A DNA stretch of 64,000 bases from Cyanophora paradoxa CCMP329. Its lineage: Eukaryota > Plantae > Glaucophyta. This document shows positions 1 through 11,670 of the stretch, piece after piece (position 1 is the stretch's first letter; each line of letters begins with the position of its first letter). Below the pieces are notes generated by a model, which saw only the letters and a program-made list of their open reading frames with translations, made no database searches and was not told the DNA's origin. Where the stretch lies: the NCBI GenBank assembly GCA_004431415.1, contig QPMI01000436.1:1-64000 (forward strand), written 5' to 3'. Made by a program: the position numbers and the translations under genes.

Positions 1-208
1 GGCGCTCGAGGCGGCGGGCCGCCTCACCATGCTCTTGCAAGACGGCTCTCTTCAGGACCGGCGCCGCTGGCTGCCGCTCATCCCCAAGGTCGACTTCCGC
101 CCCGATCCCCTCCAGAAGGCCTGGATCGCCTATGTTTACGGCGAGCCCTCTAGATCTGCAGACAGCACCATCATCTTTTTAGCCAGCTGTTCAGGTTTAT
201 ATAATTAG
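1..208 (+). CDS. 3' part of an unknown protein-coding gene entering from the left edge
   Basis: Frame 2 is open from base 2 (ALEAAGRLTMLLQDGSLQDRRRWLPLIPKVDFRPDPLQKAWIAYVY...) with the GC3-rich codon usage of the other exons, then AT-rich sequence. No recognisable family; the true end is uncertain. Confidence 0.4.
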   Translation, partial: ALEAAGRLTMLLQDGSLQDRRRWLPLIPKVDFRPDPLQKAWIAYVYGEPSRSADSTIIFLASCSGLYN

Positions 209-404
209 CGGTAGGCTGTGCGAACAGAGTTGATGGCACAGCGTTTTTTGGCTCCAGAACAATCTTTGATATAGTGTGCGCTGAGTCTGGCCTTTCATTG
301 AGTCTTTTTTTAATCGACTTGATCGGCGGTGTGCTTATCGGGCTTTTTCTATTTGTTCAATCATAATCTGTGATTATCTTTACACTTTCGAGTCTTCGAC
401 CTCC

Positions 405-525
405 CGCGCGCACTGGGCCGGGGTCGTTCTGCCGCGCGCATGTGCGTGCCACTAGGACTCTTTCATTAGATCCCGGTTCCCCCGGGCCCCCTTGCACCCC
501 CGGCGCGAAAATCGCGGCCGGGCCA
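405..525 (+). repeat. Dispersed repeat copy 1 (Helitron-like 3' end family, terminal CTAG missing)
   Basis: GCACTGGGCCGGGGTCGTTCTGCCGCGCGCATGTGCGTGCCACTAGGAC...ATCGCGGCCGGGCCA recurs at 24091-24219 (inverted) and 32908-32988 (direct). Confidence 0.75.
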
Positions 526-883
526 AGACGGCGCGAAGCCATGATCGTGATATCTTCCAAGTTCCAGGACTCATATGAATATCGATACTATGATAGCGCT
601 GGCCATGCAGGCCTCGGTCGGATATCGATCGCGATCGGGTTGATCATGAGCGTCTTCATTGTAAGCTTAAGCATATTAGATAATAATCTCACGATTCAAT
701 CGCGAGAAATGTCGCAGTGCTCTATCCATCCTGCCAGGCTGCGCCACGGTGCACTTGATAATATTAATTGAGCCATGCCAGCTGCAGTGACTTGAAAAAT
801 AGAGAAGAAGTGGGATCGTCCAAAATAATTAGAAGTTCAACGGTTGACGCAGTGCGCTCATAATCAATCATTTGAATGCAAGC

Positions 884-3800
884 TTAGATACGGGCGGCCT
901 CGCGGGCTATGCGGGCACCGATGGCGTCGCTGTAGAGCCCGAAGCAACGCTCGGCCGCCGCCAGCAGCTCCGCCCGGCTTGCCTTCAGAAGCTCCGGCCC
1001 CGGCCGCTCGGCCCGCTCGAGACGCCTCAGGCTTTGCGGCTTGGGCGCGGGCCCCGTGCTGGCAGGCGGCGCCGGCCAGGCGCCGGCGGGCACCCGTGTG
1101 GAAGGCCGCAAAGAGCAGCCCGAGGGCGCAGTCGCGGGGGCGACGCGGCGCCGGAGCCGGGTCGGGGCGGTCCAGCCTCCCAGCGCGGCCGCCGCGAGGA
1201 AGCGCTCGCGCGCCGCCCGCACCGCGCCGCGCGCGCTCAGAGCGAGGCCCTCCAGGACCGCCGCGGCGCCCGCCGCCTGCGCCGCGGTCGACGCCGCGAG
1301 GGGGCGGGGTAGAGAAATTAAAACAAAATCGAAAGGCACGCACCGCTTCGTTCCATTGCGTGCCGTTGCGGGCGGCGGCATCCAGGAGAGCGACCAACTC
1401 GCCGGGGCCGACCGCCGGCGCCGGCGCCGGCGCCGGCGGCGCAGAGGCGGCGTCCGGCAGGGGTAGAGGCGGGCGAAGGGGGCCGCCGGGTGCGAGCGCG
1501 CGGCGGGGGCGGCCGACACGAGCCACGCGACGAAGAGCACCGTCGCAGCCTCGCACACGACGTCGGGCTGGCCATGGATGTCGGTCAAGCGATAAGCGAC
1601 GGATCAAGAGGGTGCGCAGCGCAAGTCGAGGGATCCAGAGGGTGCGAGGGCGCACCCCTATGAGTTTGGCCAGATTGGTGCGATCGCTGATTTGAAGCTC
1701 GACGGCCTGCCGCGCAACCTGCAGCGGACTCGAGCTCAATGCGTGACAGAACGTGTCGCAGTGCTCGGGAAGCATTAATATTCGGGCCTGCCTGGACGGC
1801 GGAGAGGGCGCTGCCCGGGGCGGGCGCGTGGGGCCCGAAGCCGGAAAGGAGCGCCCGGGAGTGGCCGGCGAGGAAGAACGCTCGGCTGAAAGCCGCCACC
1901 GAAACGAAGCCGCCGCTGAAACGCGCGCGGTAGAACTCCTCCCTACCTGCGCCGCTGTGAGCTCCCGCGAATTCGAAGGACGTCCCCTCGAGAAAAGGGC
2001 CGGGGAGGAGAGGGAATTTGAAGGCGCACCTCGAGGGCCTCACGCGCCCGGCCCTGTAGGAGGCGAATGAACACCAGCGACGCCTGCCAAGACCGCCGAC
2101 GCGTTGATGCGTAAGCAGGCAAGAAACGCTCGCTTGCAAATTGCACGCTCGCTCGCGCGCGGAGTGAAGCAGATCTAGATCTAGAGCAAATTTGCCGCGG
2201 GCGCGTCTCGTTTTTAGAAAACATTTTTCGTGCAGTTACATTAGGACACGTTTTTCAGTCGACCTAGAAAAGCTGGCCTGGCCTGGCCCAGCGGCCTTCA
2301 GCTCACCGTGGAGACGACTGTGATGACCTCATTGGAGAGCTCGCGGTCCCGCGCCGTCTTTTCCAGCGCCGCCTGCCGACGTCGATCGCGAGAATGCGCG
2401 TGTTAGTCGGGCCAAAAAAGATATACAAGCCGAAACCCGCAGTGCGGTTAATGTTTGCGCGCCTGGATGCAGGATGCAATGTGGTCGAGGATGGCGGGCG
2501 AGCCCCTTGTCCGCAAGTGGCACAGAAACCGGAACGAAAACGCTTCCAGCACGTCCCGCCGCACGTGCTGCGAAGGGCGCAGGGCGTCAGTGTACGCTGC
2601 GCGATGATGTGCTATTCGGAGTGGAGCTCGAGGGCCCGCGACGCGGCGCGGGGCGCGCCATCCTCAGGGCAGCGTCGGCGTAGAGATCGCAGACGCGGCT
2701 GCACTCCTCGTGCTCTCCGGCGGCAAAGAGCGCGACTGACACGGCCCGGTGCATCGGAGAGACGTACGCCCCAGTGCACGTGTCACTCCCGAGCTTCTGC
2801 GCACCCCTCGATCAGTTTGTGCAGCGGAGGGCAAGGGGCGCGAAGGGGGGGAGGAGAGGGGGGGGGAAGCAGGGAGTGGGAGGGGGATGGACTTACGAAG
2901 CCGAACTTCGCGTATGCAGTGGCGAGGGAGCGGTTCCTTGGAAAGAGAAAGGTCATGTTGCTGGCCTGCAAGACGCGTTCGGGGCAGAGTTGGCAGGGCT
3001 ATGTGCAGCTATATTTATAATTGGCACGCACGACCAGCGCGGAAGCGATGGCGAGGTAGCGGGGCCCGGGGCTGCGCTCCGGATCCTGCGCGTGGCGCCA
3101 GAGACCGAAGGCGCTGTAGAGGAACAGGGCGCCGTCCCCGCTGTGCCCCGTGGCTTGCCGTAGAATCATGAACAAGTCTGCGATAGCGACGTCTCGAGCG
3201 TCCTCCTGCCTTGAACTTCGTGTGCCGCAGCGCGCGGCCAGCTTTTCGGGTGAGGAGTTGGCGAGGCTCGGCGGAGGCCGCAGCCTTGCCTGCACCGCCA
3301 TGAGCATGATCGTCCCCCAGACGCCCAGACGGCTCCTGAGGCGCCTCAGATGAGAGAGGGGGGGGGGGGGGGGGGGGGGGGACAAAGGGGGGAAAAGATG
3401 GCAAGGCAAGGGCAAGGGCAAGATCCAGGGGAAAACGCACGAGGGGATCCGCACGCCCAGGAGCGCGAGGGCCTCGCGGCAGTGCTTTACGGCGGAGGGG
3501 TAGCGGCCCGTGCGGCTGCCCACCTCGGCGAGGCCAGCGAGCCAGCCGGCGCGCCGGAAAGGCGAGGCGCCGGGGTACCGGGCGAGCAGGTCGCTGTACA
3601 TGTGCTCGGCTTCAGAGTTGGCGAAGCTGTCGAGGGCGGCCGCTGCGCAGCGCTCGAGGTACGGCAGCGCCAGGCCCGGCTCCTCTGCCGCCGTCCAGTG
3701 GTACGCGAGCAGCTCAGCCGCCGCCCCGTCCAGGCCGGACGATGAGCCCTCAGCGTCGGCCGGCCTCGATGAAGGCCGCCCCGCCGTCGCGCCGTCACTC

Positions 3801-6800
3801 GCACGGCTGGCCGCGTCGAGCTCCCGCTCGCACTCCTCGAGGAACTGGGCGAAGGCGCGGTGCAGGCGGCGGCGCTCGGCGACGGGGAGGAGGCCGTGCA
3901 CGACCTCGCGCATGGGAGACAGCGCGAACTCGAACGTCTCGCCCGCGGCCGCCTCGTACACCGTCTCCCGCAAGATGCCCGCCCCGCACAGTGCCGCCAG
4001 ATCCCCCGCGAGCGACCTCGCCGCCGCCCGCAGCGCCTCCGCCGACCGAACGCCGTTCCCGCCCTGCAGATGCGGCAAGATGGCCGCCACCTGCCGCCGC
4101 GTCCCTGTCAGCGCTGGCCTCGGTCCAAGCCCACAGCATTAGCGGCGACCTCCTCGGCGCTGAAACGCATGCCAACGATGCTGGCGAGCTGTGCATGCGG
4201 GGCGCGTCGGCAGGCGGCGCGGGGGAGGGGGAGGGGGGGGGGGGGGGGGGGGGGGGAGCCTTGACCTTGACGGTGAAGAGCTGCGAGGGGCCGAGGCGGT
4301 CGAGGCGCCAGAGGAGGGCGGAGCGGAGGCCGTCCGAGGGCCGCGGGTTGTGGAGCGGCCGCGCCACGGTGCAGGCACCCGTCGCGGTGTCGACGCAGAG
4401 GGTCCCCTCCTCCCGCAGCCTCTCCGCCAGGTCCGCCGCGATGAAAGGCACCCCGCCCGACTCGCTCGCTGCGAGTGCCCCCGAGACCCGTCAGGCGGCT
4501 CTGCGGTTTTGCGGCCGCCCGGCGCGCCCTCTGCGCCCCCGCGGCGGACCAATGAAGGTGGCGGCATCAGCGGGCAGCGAGGCGGCGCCGATGCGGGCGC
4601 AGGCGAGGCGCGCGACCGTCTCGCAGTCCAGCGGCTGCAGCTCAAGCCAGCGCTGTCCGGGCACAGCGGCCAGCTTCGCCAAAAGGTCCGCCCCGTCCGG
4701 CTCCGCCGCCGCCGCCCCGCCGCCAGGCCGGCGACAGGTGACGAGCAGCAGGAGGCGCGTCGCGGGCTCTCCGCCGCCTCTTCGGCGAGCCGCAGCAGCG
4801 CCGCCTGGCTCTGGCTGTCCGCCAGGTGCACGTCTGCGGCGGCGTGAGGCGCGGCAGGGCCTGACGCGGTCGGACGGGCGGCGCGCCCTCGAAGACGACG
4901 AGGAGGGGCCGCCGGGATGTGGCGCGGGAGAGGACGAGCCGCACGACGGCCGCCCGCAGCTGCGCCGCGCGCACTTCCGCTGGCACATCTGGGAGCTGAA
5001 GCCGCGTCGTTCGCCGCTCGCGGACGCGCTTCAAATTCGCGATCGTACGGCGTTGCGCCCCCTCGGAAGGCGGGCTGAGGGGTCCGGCGTCCTCAGCAGG
5101 GGGCGGGGAGGCTGGAATCCAGTGCAGGGAAGGGCGCCTTCTGGAGACGGGCTTGGGGAGCGATGTCGATGGCGCCGGCGCGGGCTCGGGGGCGGGGCGG
5201 GGAGGGAGGAGGCCCTCGAGATCCGCCACGACGGCGGGGTCCAGGCTCGTGTCCTCCAGCGCCAGCGGGCCCGCCTGCGACCCATGAGGAGCGCGCACAC
5301 GTGCACGGACGCAAGGGCGGATGCCCGGCAGGCGGGCGGGGCCGCCGGGCGCGCCTCGAGGATGCCCTGCGGGAAGAGGGCCGCGAGGAGGGGCCGCCAC
5401 GCGGCGAGCGGCTGGCGCTGCGTCGACAGCGCGGCGGTGGCAGCGGCGCGCCAGCCGACGGCCGCCATCCCCGCCGCCGCCCGCGCGAGCGCCGACTTCC
5501 CGAGGCCCGTGTCCCCCGCAGCCACCACCAGCGACGGCGGGCGCGGCGCCGTAGCGGGCCCTTTCGGCGCCTTGGGGGGCCAGGGCAGATCGGGCCCATC
5601 CTCGAGGGGCGAGAGGGGCGGCGAAGGCGCGTTCACGTGGGGGGTGGCGGGGGGGGCCGCGTGGGCCTCGAGGAGCCCCCGGAGGACCGCGAGCTCCTCC
5701 TCGCGCCCGTAGAGAACCTCCGGCGCCTGCCCGAGGGCTATGGAGGGCGCCCGGCTGCGTCTGCCCCGCAGCCCGCCCCGCACTCGTAGCGGCCGGTGCG
5801 CCGCCGTGGGGCCCGGGATACCCTTCAGGTGGTACTCCCCCGCCGCATCCATCTCGACCTGCTGCCCCCTGCGCCGCTCACCGGCGTCGACCGCGATCGG
5901 CGCGCGATGTCGGCGGGGGGCGGGGGGCGGCGGGGCGCACGCGGCGGCGCGGGTCTCGCCATCGGCGAGGACGCCGGCGCCGGAGACGGCAGCCTTGCCC
6001 ATGAGCCGCGCCGCCCGGTTCACCGCGTTCCCGAACACCGAGAACTCGCTGCGCGGCCAACTCGTGTGCGCGTAGGGCGGGAACGTTTGTAGAGAGCGGG
6101 GGCACCAGCGGGTGGCGGGGTCTCCGACGAAGGCGCAGAAGGCGAGGCCCGTGGCAAGGCCGATGGCGCAGGCGACGCCGGCCGCCTCCATCGCCTCCCG
6201 CACGTCCAATGCACACGCCGCGCTCCGCGCCGCGTCGTCTGGGGGCGGGGGGGCGTGGGGGCGGGGGGGCATGAGACGAGGCCTTTGTGCATCGGAGTGC
6301 AGCGGAGCGGCTGTGCCGGCCCACCCTCGTGCGAGATGGGGTACAGCCCGAAGACGCCGATCACGACGAGGCCCTTGTCTGCAGAGGCGTCGCTGCGGGC
6401 GAGATAAGGCTCGGGGCGGGGGCAGCACCGTCAAGGACGATCTGGCGGAGGGAGCCCTGGTGTGCGTAGAGCAGCGCCTGCACCGTCCGGACGGCGCGCT
6501 GCACGGCCCGCGGCGCGGCGCCCTCCGGCCCGCCCTCCTCCTCCACCGCTATCTTGAGAGAGCCAAAGAGCACCGAGACCTGACCCGCGCTCGAGCTCAG
6601 CGGGCGGCGCGGCGCGGCGCAGCGCAGCGCTCAGACGGCTCGGACGGCGCACGGGGCGGAACTCGGCGAGGTAGCGGGCGGGGTCGACGGCCCCGAGGCT
6701 CGCGATCTGGTTCAGCCGCGCCCGAACCTGCGCGCGCCCCCGCGCCTCCCCCTTAGTCGAAGCTCGTCCGGGGGCGCGAGCGGCGGATCCCGGAACGGCG

Positions 6801-8834
6801 CTTGCCGTGTAGGGGACGAAGAGGGATGCGAGGGCGACCTGCTCGGGGGTCTCCAGCGGCGGCGCCGCCTCCCGCAGCCGCCCCGCCAGGCTCCCTGCCC
6901 GGCCGCCCCGTCAAAGTCCGCCCCGGGCTGGAGGCCGGCCGCGGCGTGCGTCCGGGGCGGCAAGAAAGGGGCGCGGACCGGAGGGGACGCCCAAAACGTT
7001 GCGGCAGTAGTCGGCGAGGGGCGCGCCGGCCGTCGGGCCGACGACGAGGGGCGAGTGCGAGTGCCCGCGGCCGCCCCCGGCAGAGTCGGCGCCGCTGTGC
7101 GATCGCAAGCGGGGAGTCGTGGGGGAAGAGGACTGCTCGCGCTGCAGTGCCTCTCGCCGCACGGTCTCGCGCCGCATGCTGCGGTTAGCGGGCAGCAGCG
7201 CCGACCGCGGGATGTGCTCGATTATCGAGGGGCAGAGCACGACTTGCCTGCCGCCCGGAGCCGAGCCGCGTCAGGCGCTGGCGGGGTGGGCCGGGGTGGG
7301 GCGAGGTGGGGGCGAAGGGCCTAGGCCTGCGGACCCCGGGGCGATGTCGCCAAGGGCGTCGCCAGCCTCTGTCACCGCCGCGCCCTTCACAAAGAAAACC
7401 ATCCGCCTGCCGCCCGCGTGCTCAGCGGGAGCGCTAGCAGCTGAGGGCCGCGGCAGCGTCGCAGGCGCACCCGGGCACGGCCGACCCGTCGGGGTTGCGG
7501 AGGGTGGCCCCTGAGGGCGCTTCCGAGTCTCCGCCGCCCGCGGCCGCGGCCGAGCCCCAAAGATGCGGATACGACGCCGGCGCCGGCTGCTTGGAGGTGC
7601 GGGAAGCGGGTCGGCTCTCGGCGAGTGCGGTGCCGCCGATGCCGCCGACGCAGAGGCGCAGGGGCCCCGCGGAGAGGGCCACCCGCAGCCTCATGCCCCT
7701 CGCCACCCCCGCCGCGAACCGCTCCTGCACCTGCACCCGCCGGCGCCCCAACGATATATCTTTTCCATAAGTCTATCGCAAGGAGAAAATGAACTCTATT
7801 ACTCCTGAAATTATCGAGAAAATTGTAATTAAAGCACTATTCGACTCAAAATTTTAACATGAATTCGAAATTAAAGTCGGCCGCGCCGCGCGAAAGCACT
7901 CGATCGCGAGCCGCGCGGCTAGGCTGGGGATCGGGATCGAACGTTAACGCACCCGCAGCGCGCACTCGGCGGCGGTGGCGGCGCGCAGCGACAGGGCCGC
8001 CGCGAGACGCCCCTCCGAGTCGCCATCCCCCTCCGTCCCGGCGTCGACTGCCCCGACGAGGGGCGCGCCCGTGCTCCCGGGCTCGTCCACGTGCGGCTCG
8101 ACCGGCCAGATCGCGAGGAGGCCGTCGCCAAGGAAGGACAGGACGTCCGCTCCGTACTCTGCCGGCGCGTCAGGCCTAGGCGCCGGCACTCGCGATCGGC
8201 CGTGGGGGCTGGGTAGGGCGTGGCGTGGCGGGGCGGGGGCGGGCCCTCGAGAAGCTCGATCTCGGCGCGGAAGCAGCTGTTGATGGCGTCGAAGAGCTGC
8301 TCCATGTCGCTCTCGCCGGCGCTGCACTTTGCGACCAGGTCGGAGAAGCCCGCCAGGTCCAGCAGCGCCACGACTGCCTCGCACGTCTCACGCAGCCGTC
8401 TTCCGCGGCAGTGCCCCAGCACCAGCCTGCCCCGCGTCTTCGTCAGTCAGCGGGTGGCGGGCGCGGTCGTCTGCTCAAAGAGGGGCGCGCGCGGCGGCGC
8501 ACCGCGGGCAGAAAGCGGCGCACGCGGCGGCCAGCGCAGGGGCGGGCGCCGCCTCCGCGTCACTCCACAGCCGCTCGCGCGCGGCCATGACCAGCTGCGG
8601 CCTCCGGATCCCGGCGGCCCTATGACCAGCGTTGATGACCTCGTCAATTGCAAGCGGCGCCGCATGCGCAGCTGCGTCCGAGTCGAGGCCGAGCTCGACG
8701 ACCGCTGCAGTGGGCTCATTGATATCGTCCACGTTTTTCTCAGGCTCGAGCTCAGGTCCCGCGCGCTCGGCGGGATGCATATGGTTGGCCTCCCACGCCT
8801 GCGCTGGCCATGGTGGTCCAGGCGCGGGCACCAT
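884..8834 (-). CDS. Soluble adenylyl cyclase (ADCY10/sAC-type): tandem class III cyclase domains + P-loop STAND NTPase + TPR-like helical C-terminus; multi-exon
   Basis: Spliced translation gives C1 (VVALLDLAGFS...EYGADVLSFLGDGLLAIWP), C2 (QGSLRQIVLD|DKGLVVIGVFG...EFSVFGNAVNRAARLMGKA), Walker A (AGDTGLGKS), Walker B (LLVVFE), and LAYHW..AEE...ALPYLERCAAAALDSFANSEAEHMY. Coding-like exons continue down to a stop near 884; the C-terminal joins are less certain. Confidence 0.88.
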
Positions 8835-9291
8835 TGATTGCTGCCAGCTGCAGGCCTAGGCTGTGCCAGCTGCAGGTTGCCGCAAGTTGCGCCCGCTCGG
8901 TGCCAAGTTATCGCTCTAGATCTAGATGCTAACTATAATCATCGCATCATGATCAGATGCTGAGCTACAGCCTACAGCTGAGCTGCAGCCGCCGGGCCGC
9001 TGAGCTGTACTAGTATATCCGATGATCGCTAGCTACTACTAGAAAAGCTTAGGCTGCTGCTTAGCCCGGCGACTCGGCGGCGAGTCGGCGGCGAGTCGCC
9101 GCCGACTCGCCGGCGACCGCTCACTGAGTCAGCGCTAGCCGGCGCGGGCCGCGCGGCCCGGCGCCGGGCCGGCGGCCGCGGCTCCCAAGTTGAAAGAAGC
9201 TCGGAGAGTCGGAGTCCCAAGTTCTCCCGAGTCCCAACTTTTGGACTCCCAACTTCCAGAGTCCCAAGTTCTCCCAACTGACTCGGACTCC

Positions 9292-10059
9292 TGGAGCGTG
9301 ATCCACCGTGCCTCTGCCTCGGGCAGTGAAAAAAAGTCTGCCTTGCCTTGCCTAAGTTGCCTTGCCTAGCTTTCAAGTGAATTAAGTCAAGGCAAGGCAA
9401 GGCAGACTTTTTTTACATCTGAACCTAGACACCTAGCCTCGCCGAGTCGGCTGGCGCGCGGTCCATGAGGCAGGCCGCAGGCTACGTAAGCGCCCCAACG
9501 GCTAGCTGTTTCAAATCGCGCCGCCGTCGCGCAGCGCACGGCGCATCACTGTCGCCCGCGGCACGACGCTTACGTGTCTGCACACTCATAAGCAACATCT
9601 GGCCCAGTGGACGCACTTTGAGCTCGAGCTCTAGCTAGTGCTAGCTAGCTGCAGCTGGCGCTAGCTGCAAGGCGCCAGCCTGGCAGGTGAGCTGGCATCG
9701 CCCAGCTAGTCATTAGTGGTCAGTCTAACATCCTGCTAGGTTGCTAGTGACTTGCTACAATGCGCGAGGACAGTGGCAGGGAACGGCCGCGGGCGCCAGC
9801 AGGACTTGAACCGAGGCAGCCTGCCTCGGCTGCCCTAGCGGGGTCTGAGCTCGAGGCCCCTAGGCAGCGGAGGCAACCTGCCTCATTTTTTTTCTGCCTT
9901 GCCTAGATTGTGCAGTCCAGACTTTCAAGTTAGGCAGCTGCCTGCAGAGGCGGTCCATGCCATGATGCTGCCTTTTTCAAGTTGGATTTTCGACGCAGTC
10001 GTAATTAGCCAATCGCGTATCTTGGAGGCCGAGGCAGAGGCACGGTGGATCACGCTCCT
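9292..10059. mobile_element. Non-autonomous TIR DNA transposon (MITE, ~770 bp)
   Basis: Perfect 30-bp inverted repeat GGAGCGTGATCCACCGTGCCTCTGCCTCGG at 9293-9322 and 10029-10058. Flanking direct repeat GGACTCC at 9285-9291 and 10060-10066. Internal CTGCCT/AGGCA subterminal motifs and an internal palindrome at ~9327-9417. Confidence 0.85.
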
Positions 10060-10479
10060 GGACTCCCGCGGAGTCCCGCCGACCGTCGGACGCCGGCGCC
10101 GCCGGTCCGGCGCCGGAGTCCGATCCGGCGGGACGGACGTCCGACTATAGCGTGTACCCCCCGCCCAATACACTGGAAACGTTCAACGGTTAACGGAAGG
10201 CTTTTACAATTACAAATATTACCGCGTCCCGGGTACCCTTATAAATTAGGCCTTGGTTTTTTTCAGTTAATTGCCGGGCATGATTGGAGCCTATACGGAG
10301 AACAAGAACAGATCTAGCTCTAGAACTATAATTATAATATAAACTGAAAACGCATCATCGGATACGGTCTCATACGGCCCATCAATGGGCCATCGATATC
10401 ATACGGGTTCGAAACGGTATGGCAAATTGGAAAGCGGAAACGGTATGGCGGGTTCGGGAACTTCGGGTTCGGATTCTTC

Positions 10480-10642
10480 GGAAGCGGAAATCTAGAGGAG
10501 ACAGCTAGGGAGAAGTGGGTCCATGCAGAACCGCGCAAGGAAGAGCCCGGAGTGAGAGAGAAGTTGGTTTTCCCCTCGAAAACCACTTTTCGCGAGTTCG
10601 AGAGAGCTCTCGCGAGCTCGACTTTGACACTCGAAAGTCGAA
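10480..10642. repeat. Dispersed ~165-bp repeat, inverted copy at 32466-32638
   Basis: GGAAGCGGAAATCTAGA...CCCCTCGAAAACCACTTTTCGCGAGTTCGAGAGAGCTCTCGCGAGCTCGACTTTGAC aligns to the reverse complement of 32466-32638. Confidence 0.85.
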
Positions 10643-11239
10643 GGCTTAACGCGCGGCAGGCGTCAAGGCGAGAGAAAACTGGTCTTCGCCCTCGAAAACC
10701 CCTTTTTGCATGGACGGCCGCAGCGACAAACACGTGTCGCAACCCAATTTCGACACATTTTTGTTGCATACTGGACCTCGAAAACGGCCTCATAGAAAAA
10801 TTTTGGCTGAAGCGAGGGAACGGGAAGCAAGCTGGGAGAAGCCCTTCGGTCTTCGTCCCCCCTTGCAACAAGACCCGCAGAGGAGACCCGAGGCGCCGAA
10901 GAGGGAGCAGGGAGCCGGAAGGACGGGGAGACCGCAAAGAGGACAGTCTCGCCGACACTCGGAGGCGGAGCAGAGGCCGAGGAGCTCGAGGGGAGAAGGG
11001 AGGGTGGAGGAGGAGATAGAGTACTAGTGCCGCTGTTGGAAGGGTACGGAGAATCGAGAGCTGAGGCGAGAGAGGCCGGAGTGACGGCGAGCTCCGGATC
11101 CCGGAGGTGAGGAGGCTTGCAATCGGATCCGGGAAAGGGGATGCAGACCGTCGGACGCAAAGAGACTGGGGACGTCGACGTAGCGGCGGGAGGGGCATGC
11201 AAAACAAATTGGAGGCCCGAAGGCTATTTAATTTGTTTC

Positions 11240-11496
11240 TGGTGAATTATCGGCCACAGTCTCTAGACACCAGCTCTGCGGGTGCTGCCCGAAGGCTAAG
11301 TATACAATAACATACCGATATATATACCCCTATATAATAATTGTCGAATTTTTTTTGAGAGACAACAATATCGTAGAACTAGTCGTATTTAACGTCGATC
11401 GATCATGCCCTACCTTGCCTGTACATGCACCCACAGTCACTGAGTTAGGGTTGCCGCTTACGGAGTAGACTAGAGGCTGTGGCCGGTAATTTACCA
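11240..11496. mobile_element. Small MITE-like element (~257 bp)
   Basis: 27-bp inverted repeat TGGTGAATTATCGGCCACAGTCTCTAG (11240-11266) versus 11470-11496 with 3 mismatches; AT-rich core; no clear TSD. Confidence 0.6.
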
Positions 11497-11670
11497 ACTG
11501 GCAGGAGGTCAGGGGAAGTGAATATTCCCTTCCCGAGGCCTAAAGCACGCACATCCAGCGCAACACACAATAAAATGAGCTGAAAGCTGCGCATACAGAT
11601 CTAGAAAGCTTAAGCTGAGATGTGCAAAAAAGAACCATATATAGTACGATTCTCATCATTACTTTTATAA

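Noticed and set aside
884-2800. Separate gene downstream of the adenylyl cyclase
   Set aside because: Co-oriented exons with AG/GT boundaries continue from the cyclase TPR region with no clear stop or new start, so they were treated as one gene (not proven).
3742-5712. 656-aa plus-strand ORF (likewise 51545-53185, 37182-39152 and other long Arg/Pro/Ala-rich ORFs)
   Set aside because: Antisense or off-frame shadows of real spliced genes; stop codons are rare at this GC content and no domain motifs are present.
10332-11207. 291-aa and 155-aa ORFs in the repeat block as a possible transposase
   Set aside because: No DDE, HUH or RT motifs; the ORFs cross a non-coding dispersed repeat.
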